Below, one piece after another: positions 1 to 9,512 of a DNA stretch of 64,000 nucleotides. Positions within the stretch are counted from its first letter, which is position 1, and the number at the start of each line of letters is the position of its first letter. Where the stretch lies: contig JAHEMN010000003.1 of NCBI GenBank assembly GCA_024643645.1, positions 1,409-65,408 on the forward strand, written 5' to 3'. This DNA comes from Chitinophagaceae bacterium (lineage in GTDB: Bacteria; Bacteroidota; Bacteroidia; Chitinophagales; Chitinophagaceae). The notes beneath the pieces were generated by a model, which was given only the letters and a program-made list of their open reading frames with translations, had not been told where the DNA came from and ran no database searches. The position numbers and the translations under genes are program-made.

Positions 1-2
1 TT

Positions 3-248
3 AACGCTTTTCCGAAATTAGTAGAAGATGAAATGTATTGTTGCATCAACGAAGACCAATGGGAACATCATTTTGAAAAAAATAATTACATCCCGATAAA
101 TACTTTAGATAAAAATCAATTTGAAGCTATAATAAAAGAAAATTCTTTTTGCAAATTAGCTTATACTATTTCGTTACAAGAATTTACAGATGCAGAAGAT
201 AACCTGCTAACTTATTTCAAAAAAATCATTGAATTAATTGCAGATTAA
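3..248 (+). CDS. Hypothetical protein, 5'-truncated by window edge
   Basis: Frame is open from position 3 (NAFPKLVEDEMYCCINEDQWEHHFEKNNY...), so the true start lies upstream of the window. Confidence 0.7.
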   Translation, partial: NAFPKLVEDEMYCCINEDQWEHHFEKNNYIPINTLDKNQFEAIIKENSFCKLAYTISLQEFTDAEDNLLTYFKKIIELIAD

Positions 249-622
249 GCACCAAGGCGGTGGATTAATTCCTTTACCTGGAAATCCCAAAGATTACTTT
301 GATCTTTGATCTCTTTCTTTTCAGCAAAGTCAGAAATAACAAGGATTGTCTGATTAGTGATCTCAGATTTGTCGATCCGAAATTCAAAATATTCATTTTT
401 TGGTGCTGTAAGCCAATGAAAACGAATGAACTTATCCTGTTCTTTTTCCAAAACATCAGCTTTTTCAAAAGTATCGCTCCAGCCAAAATAGAAGATATTT
501 TCTTTTTCATCTACTTTATCTGCAAACCATTCTCCCAGCCCGGCCGGGGTAGACAGGAATTCGTACAAAATGGTAGGCGAACAGCGTACCGGGAACTCTA
601 AAGTGTATAATTGTTTACTCAT
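245..622 (-). CDS. START-like/SRPBCC domain protein
   Basis: 125 aa; LYEFLSTPAGLGEWFAD pattern typical of Bacteroidota START-like proteins. Confidence 0.8.
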   Translation of the reverse strand: MSKQLYTLEFPVRCSPTILYEFLSTPAGLGEWFADKVDEKENIFYFGWSDTFEKADVLEKEQDKFIRFHWLTAPKNEYFEFRIDKSEITNQTILVISDFAEKKEIKDQSNLWDFQVKELIHRLGA

Positions 623-930
623 TCTACTTTCTCTCTAAAAATCATTAGGTTGGCTGCAATAATAGAAAATAAATCATTGCCGCAATTTATTTTTGTATTT
701 ATTTTTCCCCCTAATTTCAAATAGACCCCATTATACTAAAATAAATCGGGTATAAAAACGTTAAGAGGATGTCAAATTTAATTTGGCATCGATGGGCAAA
801 TTAGCTAAATTGCCTTGAAGTTCAATAAGTTCTGAAAAACTATTAAAATCACAGTGGGTATTTTTTGAGTCATAAGTGACTAAAACGAGTATTCTTAACT
901 CTTTAAATACACCAAGCAAACACCATTCCT

Positions 931-1806
931 ATGAGTATGAGACAACTCAAAATCACGAAGTCGATTACGAATCGTGAATCCCAAAGTTTAGAAAAGTATC
1001 TGCAGGAGATCGGCAAAGTCGAACTTATTACGCCTGAAGAGGAAGTAAAATTGGCTACCCTGATCAAGCAGGGAGACCAAAGGGCTTTAGATCGATTAAC
1101 TAAAGCAAATCTCCGTTTTGTAGTTTCTGTAGCAAAACAATACCAGAATCAGGGTTTATCATTGCCCGATCTGATAAATGAAGGAAACCTGGGTCTTATC
1201 AAAGCTGCACAGCGTTTTGATGAAACAAGGGGGTTTAAATTCATTTCCTATGCAGTATGGTGGATACGCCAGAGTATTTTACAGTCATTGGCAGAGCAAT
1301 CTAGAATTGTTCGTTTACCATTGAATAAAGTGGGTTTGACAAATCGTATACAAAAGGCTTTTTCCTTATTAGAGCAACAATTTGAAAGAGAACCAACGGC
1401 AGAAGAATTAGCCGATATCCTGGAAATGGACCTGGATGAAGTAAAAGCAACTTTAAGCATTAATTCCCGCCACGTAAGTATGGATTCTCCTCTGTCAGAT
1501 GGCGAAGAAAGCACATTAATTGATGTATTGGAGAATGATAATGCAGATAAAACAGACGGTCATTTGATACATAACGAGTCATTGAAATTGGAAATCGATC
1601 GTAGTTTAAAAACTTTGACAGAACGTCAAAAAGAAGTGATCTGTTTCTTCTTTGGTATTGGCGTTGATCACCCCATGAGTTTGGAAGATATCGGGGAAAG
1701 ATTCAGCCTTACCAGGGAAAGAGTAAGACAGATCAAAGACAAAGCGATCACCAAATTAAAAGCATCTAACCGCTGCAGTATGTTGAGAACTTACTTAGGC
1801 AGCTGA
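931..1806 (+). CDS. rpoD: RpoD/SigA-family sigma-70 factor lacking region 1.1
   Basis: [48 protein letters not shown]; cannot tell primary sigma from a paralogue. Confidence 0.85.
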   Translation: MSMRQLKITKSITNRESQSLEKYLQEIGKVELITPEEEVKLATLIKQGDQRALDRLTKANLRFVVSVAKQYQNQGLSLPDLINEGNLGLIKAAQRFDETRGFKFISYAVWWIRQSILQSLAEQSRIVRLPLNKVGLTNRIQKAFSLLEQQFEREPTAEELADILEMDLDEVKATLSINSRHVSMDSPLSDGEESTLIDVLENDNADKTDGHLIHNESLKLEIDRSLKTLTERQKEVICFFFGIGVDHPMSLEDIGERFSLTRERVRQIKDKAITKLKASNRCSMLRTYLGS

Positions 1807-1902
1807 TTTTAAACTTAAAAAGATATATCTGACATAAACTTTTACATTTTTACATTTACAACGAAGCTGTTCTTTTGCGGAGTTGTATCTTTGCAATTCT
1901 TT

Positions 1903-1935
1903 AAAAAGTGAACATTTGATGTTCACTTTTTATTT
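1903..1935 (+). terminator. Intrinsic terminator-like hairpin between sigma gene and ffh
   Basis: AAAAAGTGAACAT-ttg-ATGTTCACTTTTT followed by ATTTT. Confidence 0.65.
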
Positions 1936-1962
1936 TATGTGTCAGCGAAAAAAATGTGACCT

Positions 1963-3288
1963 ATGTTCAATTCATTACAGGAAAAATTAGAAAGTGCCTT
2001 TAAGAATATCAAAGGACAGGCAAGGATTACCGAGCTTAATATTGCTACAACATTAAAAGAAATTCGCCGTGCATTGGTAGATGCGGATGTGAATTATAAA
2101 ATTGCCAAAGAATTTACTGATAAGGTAAAGGAACAGGCAATGGGTGAAAAAGTGATCAATGCTATTTCTCCCGGGCAATTAATGACCAAAATTGTTCAGG
2201 ATCAGCTTACAGACTTAATGGGTGGGCAGGAAGCTACCTTCAATGCAAAAGGAAATCCGGCAATTATTCTGATAGCAGGTTTACAAGGTTCGGGTAAAAC
2301 AACCTTCAGTGGTAAACTGGCCAACTTTCTAAAAACAAAGAAAGGTCTCTCTCCTATGCTTGTCGCTGCAGATATTTATCGGCCTGCTGCTATGGAGCAA
2401 TTAAGAGTATTGGGAGAACAGATAGGTGTGGATGTGCATATAGAACTGGAAAACAAAAGTGCTGTTGATATAGCAAAGAATGCAGTAAAAGAAGCAAGAA
2501 GTAAGAATAAGAATGTACTAATCATTGATACTGCCGGCCGACTGGCGATTGATGAAGTGATGATGAAAGAAGTAGCGAATATCAAAGAAGCAGTTAATCC
2601 ACAGGAGATATTATTTGTGGTTGATAGTATGACAGGTCAGGATGCTGTGAATACTGCCAAAGCATTCAATGATAGATTAGATTTTACCGGAGTTGTATTA
2701 ACAAAATTAGATGGCGATACCAGAGGTGGTGCCGCCTTATCCATTAAATACACGGTTCAAAAGCCTATCAAATTCACCAGTGCAGGTGAAAAAATGGATA
2801 CCCTCGATGTATTCTACCCCGAAAGGATGGCGCAGCGAATTCTTGGCATGGGTGATATTACCAGCTTAGTAGAAAAAGCACAGGAACAGTTTGATGAAGC
2901 CGCCGCCAAGAAGTTGGAATCAAAGATCCGCAAGAATAAATTTGATTTTGCCGATTTCAAGACCCAGTTAGAAGCTATTAAGAAAATGGGTAATATGAAA
3001 GATATGCTGGGTATGATACCGGGCTTGGGTAATAAAATAAAAGATATTGATATAAATGATGATTCTTTCAAGGGAATTGAAGCGATGATAGACTCTATGA
3101 CGCCTGCAGAAAGGGAAAACCCGGATCTTATTGATGGCAGCCGGAAAAAAAGGATCGCAAAAGGAGCAGGTAAGGATATCCAGGAAGTAAACAACTTCAT
3201 GAAACAATTTGAACAAATGAAGGGAATGATGAAGAATATGAATAAAATGGGGGCAATGGGTAGAATGATGCCAGGATTGAAGAGGTAA
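1963..3288 (+). CDS. ffh: Signal recognition particle protein Ffh
   Basis: GLQGSGKTT, DTAGR and TKLD GTPase motifs; Met-rich C-terminal M domain. Confidence 0.97.
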   Translation: MFNSLQEKLESAFKNIKGQARITELNIATTLKEIRRALVDADVNYKIAKEFTDKVKEQAMGEKVINAISPGQLMTKIVQDQLTDLMGGQEATFNAKGNPAIILIAGLQGSGKTTFSGKLANFLKTKKGLSPMLVAADIYRPAAMEQLRVLGEQIGVDVHIELENKSAVDIAKNAVKEARSKNKNVLIIDTAGRLAIDEVMMKEVANIKEAVNPQEILFVVDSMTGQDAVNTAKAFNDRLDFTGVVLTKLDGDTRGGAALSIKYTVQKPIKFTSAGEKMDTLDVFYPERMAQRILGMGDITSLVEKAQEQFDEAAAKKLESKIRKNKFDFADFKTQLEAIKKMGNMKDMLGMIPGLGNKIKDIDINDDSFKGIEAMIDSMTPAERENPDLIDGSRKKRIAKGAGKDIQEVNNFMKQFEQMKGMMKNMNKMGAMGRMMPGLKR

Positions 3289-3291
3289 AAT

Positions 3292-3372
3292 CGAAAGCCC
3301 ATAAATCAGAAAGTCAGAAAGATTATATTCTTTAACTTATTTCTTTCGGACTTTACAGACTTGCTGACTTTC
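3292..3372. repeat. Short-period imperfect palindromic (REP-like) element
   Basis: AAAGTCAGAAAG (3310-3321) pairs with CTTTCGGACTTT (3343-3354) with one mismatch; further GACTT units follow. Confidence 0.5.
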
Positions 3373-3477
3373 CCTTTGCATTCTCCCATTTCAACCTTAT
3401 ATTTGTCCTCCGGTTTTTACCGGTCCCGATAGATATCGGGATAACAATTATTGTTTAACGCTGTTAAATTTCTATTT

Positions 3478-3930
3478 ATGTCAGCCAAAATCCGTCTACA
3501 AAGACACGGGTCTAAAAAAAGACCTTTTTACTTCATCGTTATTGCCGATTCAAGGGCTCCCCGTGATGGTAAATTCATTCAAAAATTAGGTACTTACAAT
3601 CCACTGACTGTTCCTGCTACTATTCAGCTTGATCGTCAGAAAGCATTGGAGTGGTTGAACAAAGGTGCTACACCAACTGACACCGTTCGCCGCATTCTTA
3701 GCTTCAAAGGTGTATTATACCTTAAGCATTTGCTCCGTGGTGTGAGCTTAGGCCTTTTTGATGATGCTGCTGCAATGGAAAAGTTCACCTTGTGGAGTTT
3801 AGAACATGAAGCACAGATCAAAAGACGCCAGGAAGAAGCCTATCGCAACAAAAGAGCAAGACGTCCGATGCCAGGTCGCAGACCTGAACCAAGACAGGAA
3901 GCTGCTGATGATGCAGGTAATGAAGGATAA
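3478..3930 (+). CDS. rpsP: 30S ribosomal protein S16 with C-terminal extension
   Basis: [42 protein letters not shown]; ATG at 3478 preferred over the TTG at 3451. Confidence 0.97.
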   Translation: MSAKIRLQRHGSKKRPFYFIVIADSRAPRDGKFIQKLGTYNPLTVPATIQLDRQKALEWLNKGATPTDTVRRILSFKGVLYLKHLLRGVSLGLFDDAAAMEKFTLWSLEHEAQIKRRQEEAYRNKRARRPMPGRRPEPRQEAADDAGNEG

Positions 3931-3955
3931 ATAAATCCACATCCTGAAATTTCTT

Positions 3956-3990
3956 AATCCCGTTTCGTTTTAAACGAGACGGGATTTTTT
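3956..3990 (+). terminator. Intrinsic terminator after rpsP
   Basis: AATCCCGTTTCGTTT-t-AAACGAGACGGGATT plus T-tract. Confidence 0.8.
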
Positions 3991-3995
3991 ATTTA

Positions 3996-4023
3996 GCCAC
4001 AGAATACACAGATTTGCACAGAT
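3996..4023. repeat. Three tandem CACAGA(T) units
   Basis: GCCACAGAATACACAGATTTGCACAGAT, 9-10 nt period. Confidence 0.45.
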
Positions 4024-4042
4024 AAAGAATTGATTTAATAAA

Positions 4043-4561
4043 ATGGCAGAATATTTCAATATTGGAAAACTTGTTGCAGTGCATGGCTTAAAAGGTGAGC
4101 TGCTGCTAAAGCATGAATTAGGAAAGAAAACATCATTAAAAGGACTGACCGCTATTTTTATAGAAGAAAAAAAAGGTTCCTTCCTCCCTTACTTTATTGA
4201 GAGCACTAAGATCAAAGCTGATGATGAAATTTATCTGAAACTGGAAAACATCGATTCCAGAGAAGCTGCATTAAAACTTTCAGCCAAACAGGTTTGGCTA
4301 CCCGAAATCGATTTTAAAAAATTCGCTGCAAAATCAGCCCCTGCAAGCATGCTGGGTTACACTATAATCCATAATAATGAATCGTTAGGAGAAATTCTGG
4401 AACTCATTGAACAACCACACCAACTACTTTGCAGGTTGGAAATAAAAGGTAAAGAAGTATTGATACCGCTACATGCAGAAACATTAAAAAAAGTAGATCA
4501 TAAAAAGAAAGAAGTACTGGTTGAGTTACCTGATGGGTTACTGGATATTTATTTAGGATAA
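4043..4561 (+). CDS. rimM: 16S rRNA processing protein RimM
   Basis: IGKLVAVHGLKGEL N-terminus, PRC-barrel-like C-terminus, follows rpsP. Confidence 0.95.
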   Translation: MAEYFNIGKLVAVHGLKGELLLKHELGKKTSLKGLTAIFIEEKKGSFLPYFIESTKIKADDEIYLKLENIDSREAALKLSAKQVWLPEIDFKKFAAKSAPASMLGYTIIHNNESLGEILELIEQPHQLLCRLEIKGKEVLIPLHAETLKKVDHKKKEVLVELPDGLLDIYLG

Positions 4562-4666
4562 TCCAAAAAACAAACTACCCCGTTTTATATTGACTGTTAT
4601 ATCACATCTTTCAATCTTACTGCTAATTACAAATCAAGATTCATATTGCTTTGGTAACTTTAATAT

Positions 4667-5842
4667 GTGATGTCTGAAAAAAAATTAAGACATATTGCTC
4701 ATTTCGATCTTGATTCCTTTTTCGTTTCTGTAGAGATCATCAATAATCCTTCACTTAAAGGAAAACCTGTTTTAGTGGGTGGTTATGAAAGAGGTGTTGT
4801 AGCTGCCTGCAGTTATGAAGCAAGAAAATTTGGAATACACTCGGCTATGCCGATGAAAAAAGCGATGCAGCTTTGTCCACAAGCAATAGTTACCAATTCA
4901 AGCAGAGATCAATACAGTAAATATTCAAGATGGGTAACAGAAATTATTGCTTCTAAAGTTCCTTTATTTGAAAAAGCAAGTATCGATGAATTTTATATTG
5001 ACCTGAGTGGTATGGAAAAATTTTTTGGTGTAAGCCAATATGCAAAAGACTTGCGGGAAACGATCCGTAAAGAAACGGGGCTTCCTATTTCCTGCGGTTT
5101 ATCATCTGCCAGGTTTATCAGTAAAATGGCGACGAATGAAGCAAAGCCCAATGGATTTTTAGAAATTCCGCATGGAAAAGAAACAGCATTTCTATGGCCA
5201 CTGGGAATCGAAAAAATAAATGGCGTTGGTAAACAAACAGAGCAACATTTAAAAAGCTTTGGTATATATACAATTGAAGACATCGCCAAAACACCAAAAG
5301 AACATCTGGAAAAAATTGCCGGCAAATGGGGTGAATCGCTTTGGCATAAAGCTCATGGCATCGGCAGTACTGAAATTGCTACTGACTGGGAACAGAAAAG
5401 CATGAGCCATGAAAATACTTTCGACAAAGATCATACTGACATTGATTTTCTATACAAGGAATTGGTCAGGCTAACAGAAAAAACAGCACAGGGATTAAGG
5501 GAAGATGATAAACTAACAGGTTGTGTAACTGTTAAGATCCGCTATTCTGATTTTGAAACTACATCCCGGCAAGAAACAGTTGATTATACGGCACTGGATG
5601 ATGTACTGATCGCTAAAGTGAAAGACCTATTTAATAAGTCATGGCAAAAAGGAAGACCAGTTCGTTTACTGGGTGTACGCTTCAGCCAGTTCATTCCTTT
5701 CACTTTGCAAATGAGCTTGTTCGAGAATAATATGGAGAAACTTAATCTATATAAAGCAGTAGATACAATAAAAGAAAGATTTGGAAATAAATTGGTTACT
5801 AAAGCTGTGAATACCAAACCCAGCACAGAAAAAGAAGAATAA
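4667..5842 (+). CDS. dinB: DNA polymerase IV (Y family)
   Basis: HFDLDSFFVSVE, VVAACSYEARKFGIHSAMP, SIDEFY; start GTG 4667 or ATG 4670. Confidence 0.95.
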   Translation: MMSEKKLRHIAHFDLDSFFVSVEIINNPSLKGKPVLVGGYERGVVAACSYEARKFGIHSAMPMKKAMQLCPQAIVTNSSRDQYSKYSRWVTEIIASKVPLFEKASIDEFYIDLSGMEKFFGVSQYAKDLRETIRKETGLPISCGLSSARFISKMATNEAKPNGFLEIPHGKETAFLWPLGIEKINGVGKQTEQHLKSFGIYTIEDIAKTPKEHLEKIAGKWGESLWHKAHGIGSTEIATDWEQKSMSHENTFDKDHTDIDFLYKELVRLTEKTAQGLREDDKLTGCVTVKIRYSDFETTSRQETVDYTALDDVLIAKVKDLFNKSWQKGRPVRLLGVRFSQFIPFTLQMSLFENNMEKLNLYKAVDTIKERFGNKLVTKAVNTKPSTEKEE

Positions 5843-5901
5843 GTCTGTAGTTCTTATCTTCGCCCCTATCCCGAATTTACCTTAATGTAAATAAATCATA
5901 T

Positions 5902-7272
5902 ATGTCTCAAGTTTGGAAAGATTACCAGGAAGAAAATAAAGTCCGGTTTTTAGAAGAAATGCTTGATCTGCTCCGCATCCCATCTGTAAGCGCAAAAAGT
6001 GAACATAAAAAGGATATGCTAAAATGTGCTGAAGCAGTACAAAAAAGTTTATTAGCTGCAGGATGTTCTAATGCTGAAGTTATGCCTACCGCTGGTCATC
6101 CTGTGGTATTCGGTGAAAAGATCATTGACCCTTCCAAACCTACTGTTTTGGTGTATGGACATTATGATGTACAACCTGCAGAACCATTGGAATTATGGCA
6201 TAGCGGACCATTTGAACCGGTGATCAAAGACGGAAAAGTTTTTGCAAGAGGTTCTGCTGACGATAAAGGCCAATTCTATATGCATGTAAAAGCATTGGAG
6301 ATCATGTCGAAGACAGATACAATGACCACCAACGTAAAATTTTTGATAGAGGGGGAAGAAGAAGTTGGTTCACCAAGCCTGGGAAAATTTGTAGCAGCCA
6401 ATAAAGACTTATTAAAATGTGATGTCATCCTGATCAGTGACAGCTCATTATTGAGCATGGAAACTCCATCTTTAGACATTGGCATGCGGGGTTTAAGTTA
6501 TATACAGGTAGAAGTAACCGGACCGAACAGAGATCTGCACAGTGGTACTTATGGTGGAGCGGTCGCCAACCCGATTACCATCCTTGCCCGAATGATTGCC
6601 AGTTGTCATGATGAAAATAATCACATCACCATTCCAGGATTTTATGATGATGTGTTGGAAGCCAGTGAAGATGAAAGAGCATTATTAAATAAAGCACCAT
6701 TTGATGAACAGGAATATAAAGATGAATTAGGGGTGAAAGAACTATGGGGCGAAAAAGGATATACCACTTATGAACGAACCGGCATTCGTCCAACGATAGA
6801 AGTAAACGGAATATGGGGTGGGTATACTGGAGAAGGCGCAAAAACTGTTTTACCTTCAAAAGCCTTTGCAAAAATTTCTTCCAGATTAGTTCCTAATCAA
6901 TCTTCTGAAAAAATTACACAGATCTTATTAAAATATTTCAAATCCATTGCACCCGCCAGTGTTGAAGTAAGTGCAGAATTACACCATGGCGGAGAACCTT
7001 ATTTAACACCAATTGACAGTAAAGGATATATTGCTGCAGCCAAAGCAGTAAAAGCTACATTCGGAAAAGAACCAATACCAGTAAGAGGTGGCGGAAGTAT
7101 TCCTATCTGTACCATACTTGAAAAAGAATTAGAAGTAAAAATTGTTTTCATGGGCTTTGGTCTTGACAATGATAATTTACATAGCCCGAATGAAAAATAT
7201 AATATTGCCAATTATTATAAGGGTATTGAAACAATACCCTACTTCCACAAGTATTTTTCAGAATCAAATTAA
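5902..7272 (+). CDS. M20 family dipeptidase
   Basis: YGHYDVQP, RGSADDKGQ, EGEEE, DLHSG, HSPNE metal-ligand motifs. Confidence 0.92.
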   Translation: MSQVWKDYQEENKVRFLEEMLDLLRIPSVSAKSEHKKDMLKCAEAVQKSLLAAGCSNAEVMPTAGHPVVFGEKIIDPSKPTVLVYGHYDVQPAEPLELWHSGPFEPVIKDGKVFARGSADDKGQFYMHVKALEIMSKTDTMTTNVKFLIEGEEEVGSPSLGKFVAANKDLLKCDVILISDSSLLSMETPSLDIGMRGLSYIQVEVTGPNRDLHSGTYGGAVANPITILARMIASCHDENNHITIPGFYDDVLEASEDERALLNKAPFDEQEYKDELGVKELWGEKGYTTYERTGIRPTIEVNGIWGGYTGEGAKTVLPSKAFAKISSRLVPNQSSEKITQILLKYFKSIAPASVEVSAELHHGGEPYLTPIDSKGYIAAAKAVKATFGKEPIPVRGGGSIPICTILEKELEVKIVFMGFGLDNDNLHSPNEKYNIANYYKGIETIPYFHKYFSESN

Positions 7273-7291
7273 TAACAATCTAAATATTTTT

Positions 7292-7320
7292 AAATCCCGG
7301 GCAATCAACCGGGATTTTTT
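7292..7320 (+). terminator. Intrinsic terminator after dipeptidase
   Basis: AAATCCCGG-8nt-CCGGGATTT plus T-tract. Confidence 0.75.
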
Positions 7321-7330
7321 AATTTCGAAT

Positions 7331-7717
7331 ATGCCGGTAAAAGAAAAACTTCGTCTGGATAAATACCTATGGTCGATCAGACTCTATAAAACAAGAACAA
7401 TGGCTGCGGCTGCCTGCGACTCTGGCAAAGTAAAATTTGATGGTTCACAAGCCAAGGCTTCAAAAAATGTATCCATTGGTGATGAGTATGAAGTTAAAAC
7501 AGAAGCAAAACGATGGCGCATAAAAGTAACCGGACTGTTGTCAAAAAGAGTGGCAGCAGCTGAAGCTGTTAAAAATTACATCGATATCACACCTGAAGAA
7601 GAAATTCAACGACTGAAGTACCAGGCTGCCAGCTTTCATACCGGTAAGCGGCCCAGTAAAATAGGCAGACCAACCAAAAAAGAGAGAAGAGATTTGGATG
7701 ATTTTTATGATAAATGA
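7331..7717 (+). CDS. hslR: S4-domain RNA-binding protein (Hsp15 family)
   Basis: RLDKYLWSIRLYKTRTMA and GRPTKKERR; real start is ATG 7331, the longer track ORF overlaps the dipeptidase. Confidence 0.9.
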   Translation: MPVKEKLRLDKYLWSIRLYKTRTMAAAACDSGKVKFDGSQAKASKNVSIGDEYEVKTEAKRWRIKVTGLLSKRVAAAEAVKNYIDITPEEEIQRLKYQAASFHTGKRPSKIGRPTKKERRDLDDFYDK

Positions 7718-7752
7718 TTAATTAGCAATTATTACACTTTTTATTTCCTGCC

Positions 7753-7817
7753 TGACATAAATCATTACAGCCCCTGCAGTTTATCATTAATCTACTTCAG
7801 GCACAACCTTATTTTCG
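7753..7817 (+). promoter_or_regulatory. Tandem Crp/Fnr-like boxes plus -7 element (P1)
   Basis: TGAC-ATAA-ATCA at 7753, TGCA-GTTT-ATCA at 7775, TATTTTCG at 7810. Confidence 0.7.
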
Positions 7818-7833
7818 ATACTTGAACAGATAA

Positions 7834-7971
7834 ATGAATATAGCTATGCCTATTCATAATATTATTATAGCAATACTAAATTCAATAACAGAACCGGATA
7901 AATCAATTATACATATAGTTAATAGAATATCCCTTGAAAACAAGGCAAATGCCATTTTTTATGCTTACTAA
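7834..7971 (+). CDS. Candidate 45-aa small protein
   Basis: ATG 7834 to TAA 7969-7971 directly after P1: MNIAMPIHNIIIAILNSITEPDKSIIHIVNRISLENKANAIFYAY; no family recognised. Confidence 0.3.
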   Translation: MNIAMPIHNIIIAILNSITEPDKSIIHIVNRISLENKANAIFYAY

Positions 7972-7981
7972 TTCAATTACT

Positions 7982-8401
7982 ATGCGTTTAACTATAGATA
8001 CACAGCGGCAGATCAGTGATATTCAAAAAGAATTCAATGAAATTTTCCCATTCTTGAAATTGGAATTTTTTAATAATAAATCTTTCTCCCGAAATAATTT
8101 TACTTCAAGCCAGATCATTCCCCGTAATCGAAAATTAGGCGATAGTCAAAAAGGAATTGAAAATGGGTTTATTGAAATAGAAGAATCAATGAAAGTAAGT
8201 GAACTTGAAAATCTTTTCAGAGATAAATATCGATTAGCGGTACAGGTATTTAGGAAATCAGGAAATCTTTGGCTTGAAACTACAATGACAGATAACTGGT
8301 CACTCTTTCAGCAAAACAAACATGGCAGGGAAATTTCAACTAATAAAGCCATTGATACAGAAACTAAGGACTATGACCTGAACAGAGATGCTGATCATTA
8401 A
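7982..8401 (+). CDS. Conserved-looking hypothetical protein
   Basis: IQKEFNEIFPFLKLEFF and VQVFRKSGNLWLETT blocks; ATG 7982 preferred over TTG 7934. Confidence 0.75.
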   Translation: MRLTIDTQRQISDIQKEFNEIFPFLKLEFFNNKSFSRNNFTSSQIIPRNRKLGDSQKGIENGFIEIEESMKVSELENLFRDKYRLAVQVFRKSGNLWLETTMTDNWSLFQQNKHGREISTNKAIDTETKDYDLNRDADH

Positions 8402-8456
8402 TTATTCAGATCAGTTTTATTATTTGATTTTATATATTTTCAAAATCACAATTGAG

Positions 8457-9512
8457 TTAATACAATAAATGATTTAGTTTTTCTGTATTAATGATTGAAA
8501 TTTTGCCTTCTTTTATTGCTATTAATTTCTCCGATTTAAAATCACTAAGAGTTCTTATCAGGGATTCAGTGGCCGTTCCAACATAATGAGCAAAATCTTC
8601 TCTGGAAATCTCTAATGGCTTGTCTGGATTTTCTGAATTAAATTTTGTCTGAATATCTATTAATGCCTTTGCAACTCTTTTGCGTAAAGAACTATAAGCA
8701 AGGCTCAACAATCTTTCTTCTTTCTCCTTCACATTCTGAGTAATAATCCTGATAAACTTTGCCGCAACATCCATATTGCCATAGATCATACTTAAGAAAT
8801 CATCTTTCGGAATCTGCATAATTTCAGCTTCTTCCATAACTACTGCCGAATCATCATAATTTTTATCTTCAATCAATGCCGGATATCCAATAAAATCTCC
8901 ATCACTAAACAGATCAGTTATATATTCCTTACCATCTTCATGTGTTTTAAACCCCTTCACCTTTCCTTTCACCAGGTAATACAGGTATCGGGGCCTTTTG
9001 CTCTCCTGATAAAGGGTTTGTTTTTTGGAATAGCTTTCAACATCATACTGATCAGATAATTGACTAATAAGCCCCGAATTTTTTACATCTTTAATAAATT
9101 CATTGATCCCATCCTGGGAAGGTGCATATCTGTTATTGAGTATGGCTGCTTTCTTTAATCTTGTTTCAATTCCATTTAACAATTCGATATCCTCAAATGG
9201 TTTTGTAATATAATCGTCAGCTCCCATTTCCATTCCTTTTCTTAAATCACTCCTCTCCGTTTTTGCAGTAAGAAACACAAAAGGAATATTTTCTGTTTCT
9301 TCATTTTTTCGAAGCAGATGCAAAACGCCATAACCATCCAATTCAGGCATCATAATATCACATACAATTACATCGGGCTTCTCTTTCAATGCAACCTCAA
9401 CACCCCTTTTCCCATTTTCTGCAGTAAAAGTTTTATATCCAGCTAATTCAAGAATTTCGGCTGTGTTCTCCCGGATATCCGGGTTGTCATCAATAACTAA
9501 AACAGATTTCAT
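8457..9512 (-). CDS. Response regulator: REC + cNMP-binding fold + Crp/Fnr HTH
   Basis: VIDD...CDIMMP receiver; LYYLVKGKVK beta-barrel; ISREDFAHYVGTATESLIRTLSDF helix-turn-helix. Confidence 0.92.
   Translation of the reverse strand: MKSVLVIDDNPDIRENTAEILELAGYKTFTAENGKRGVEVALKEKPDVIVCDIMMPELDGYGVLHLLRKNEETENIPFVFLTAKTERSDLRKGMEMGADDYITKPFEDIELLNGIETRLKKAAILNNRYAPSQDGINEFIKDVKNSGLISQLSDQYDVESYSKKQTLYQESKRPRYLYYLVKGKVKGFKTHEDGKEYITDLFSDGDFIGYPALIEDKNYDDSAVVMEEAEIMQIPKDDFLSMIYGNMDVAAKFIRIITQNVKEKEERLLSLAYSSLRKRVAKALIDIQTKFNSENPDKPLEISREDFAHYVGTATESLIRTLSDFKSEKLIAIKEGKISIINTEKLNHLLY

Noticed and set aside
768-790. NsrR box upstream of the sigma gene
   Set aside because: GATG/CATC half-sites are 4 bp further apart than in the NsrR 11-1-11 consensus
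3750-3930. C-terminal extension of ribosomal protein S16
   Set aside because: Long S16 proteins are common in Bacteroidota
7142-7330. Long N-terminal extension of the S4/Hsp15 ORF
   Set aside because: Overlaps the dipeptidase 3' end and its terminator; family similarity begins at ATG 7331
8457-9512. Direct link between the cyclases and the Crp-domain regulator
   Set aside because: The cNMP pocket lacks the cAMP-binding Glu and Arg, and the loci are over 35 kb apart
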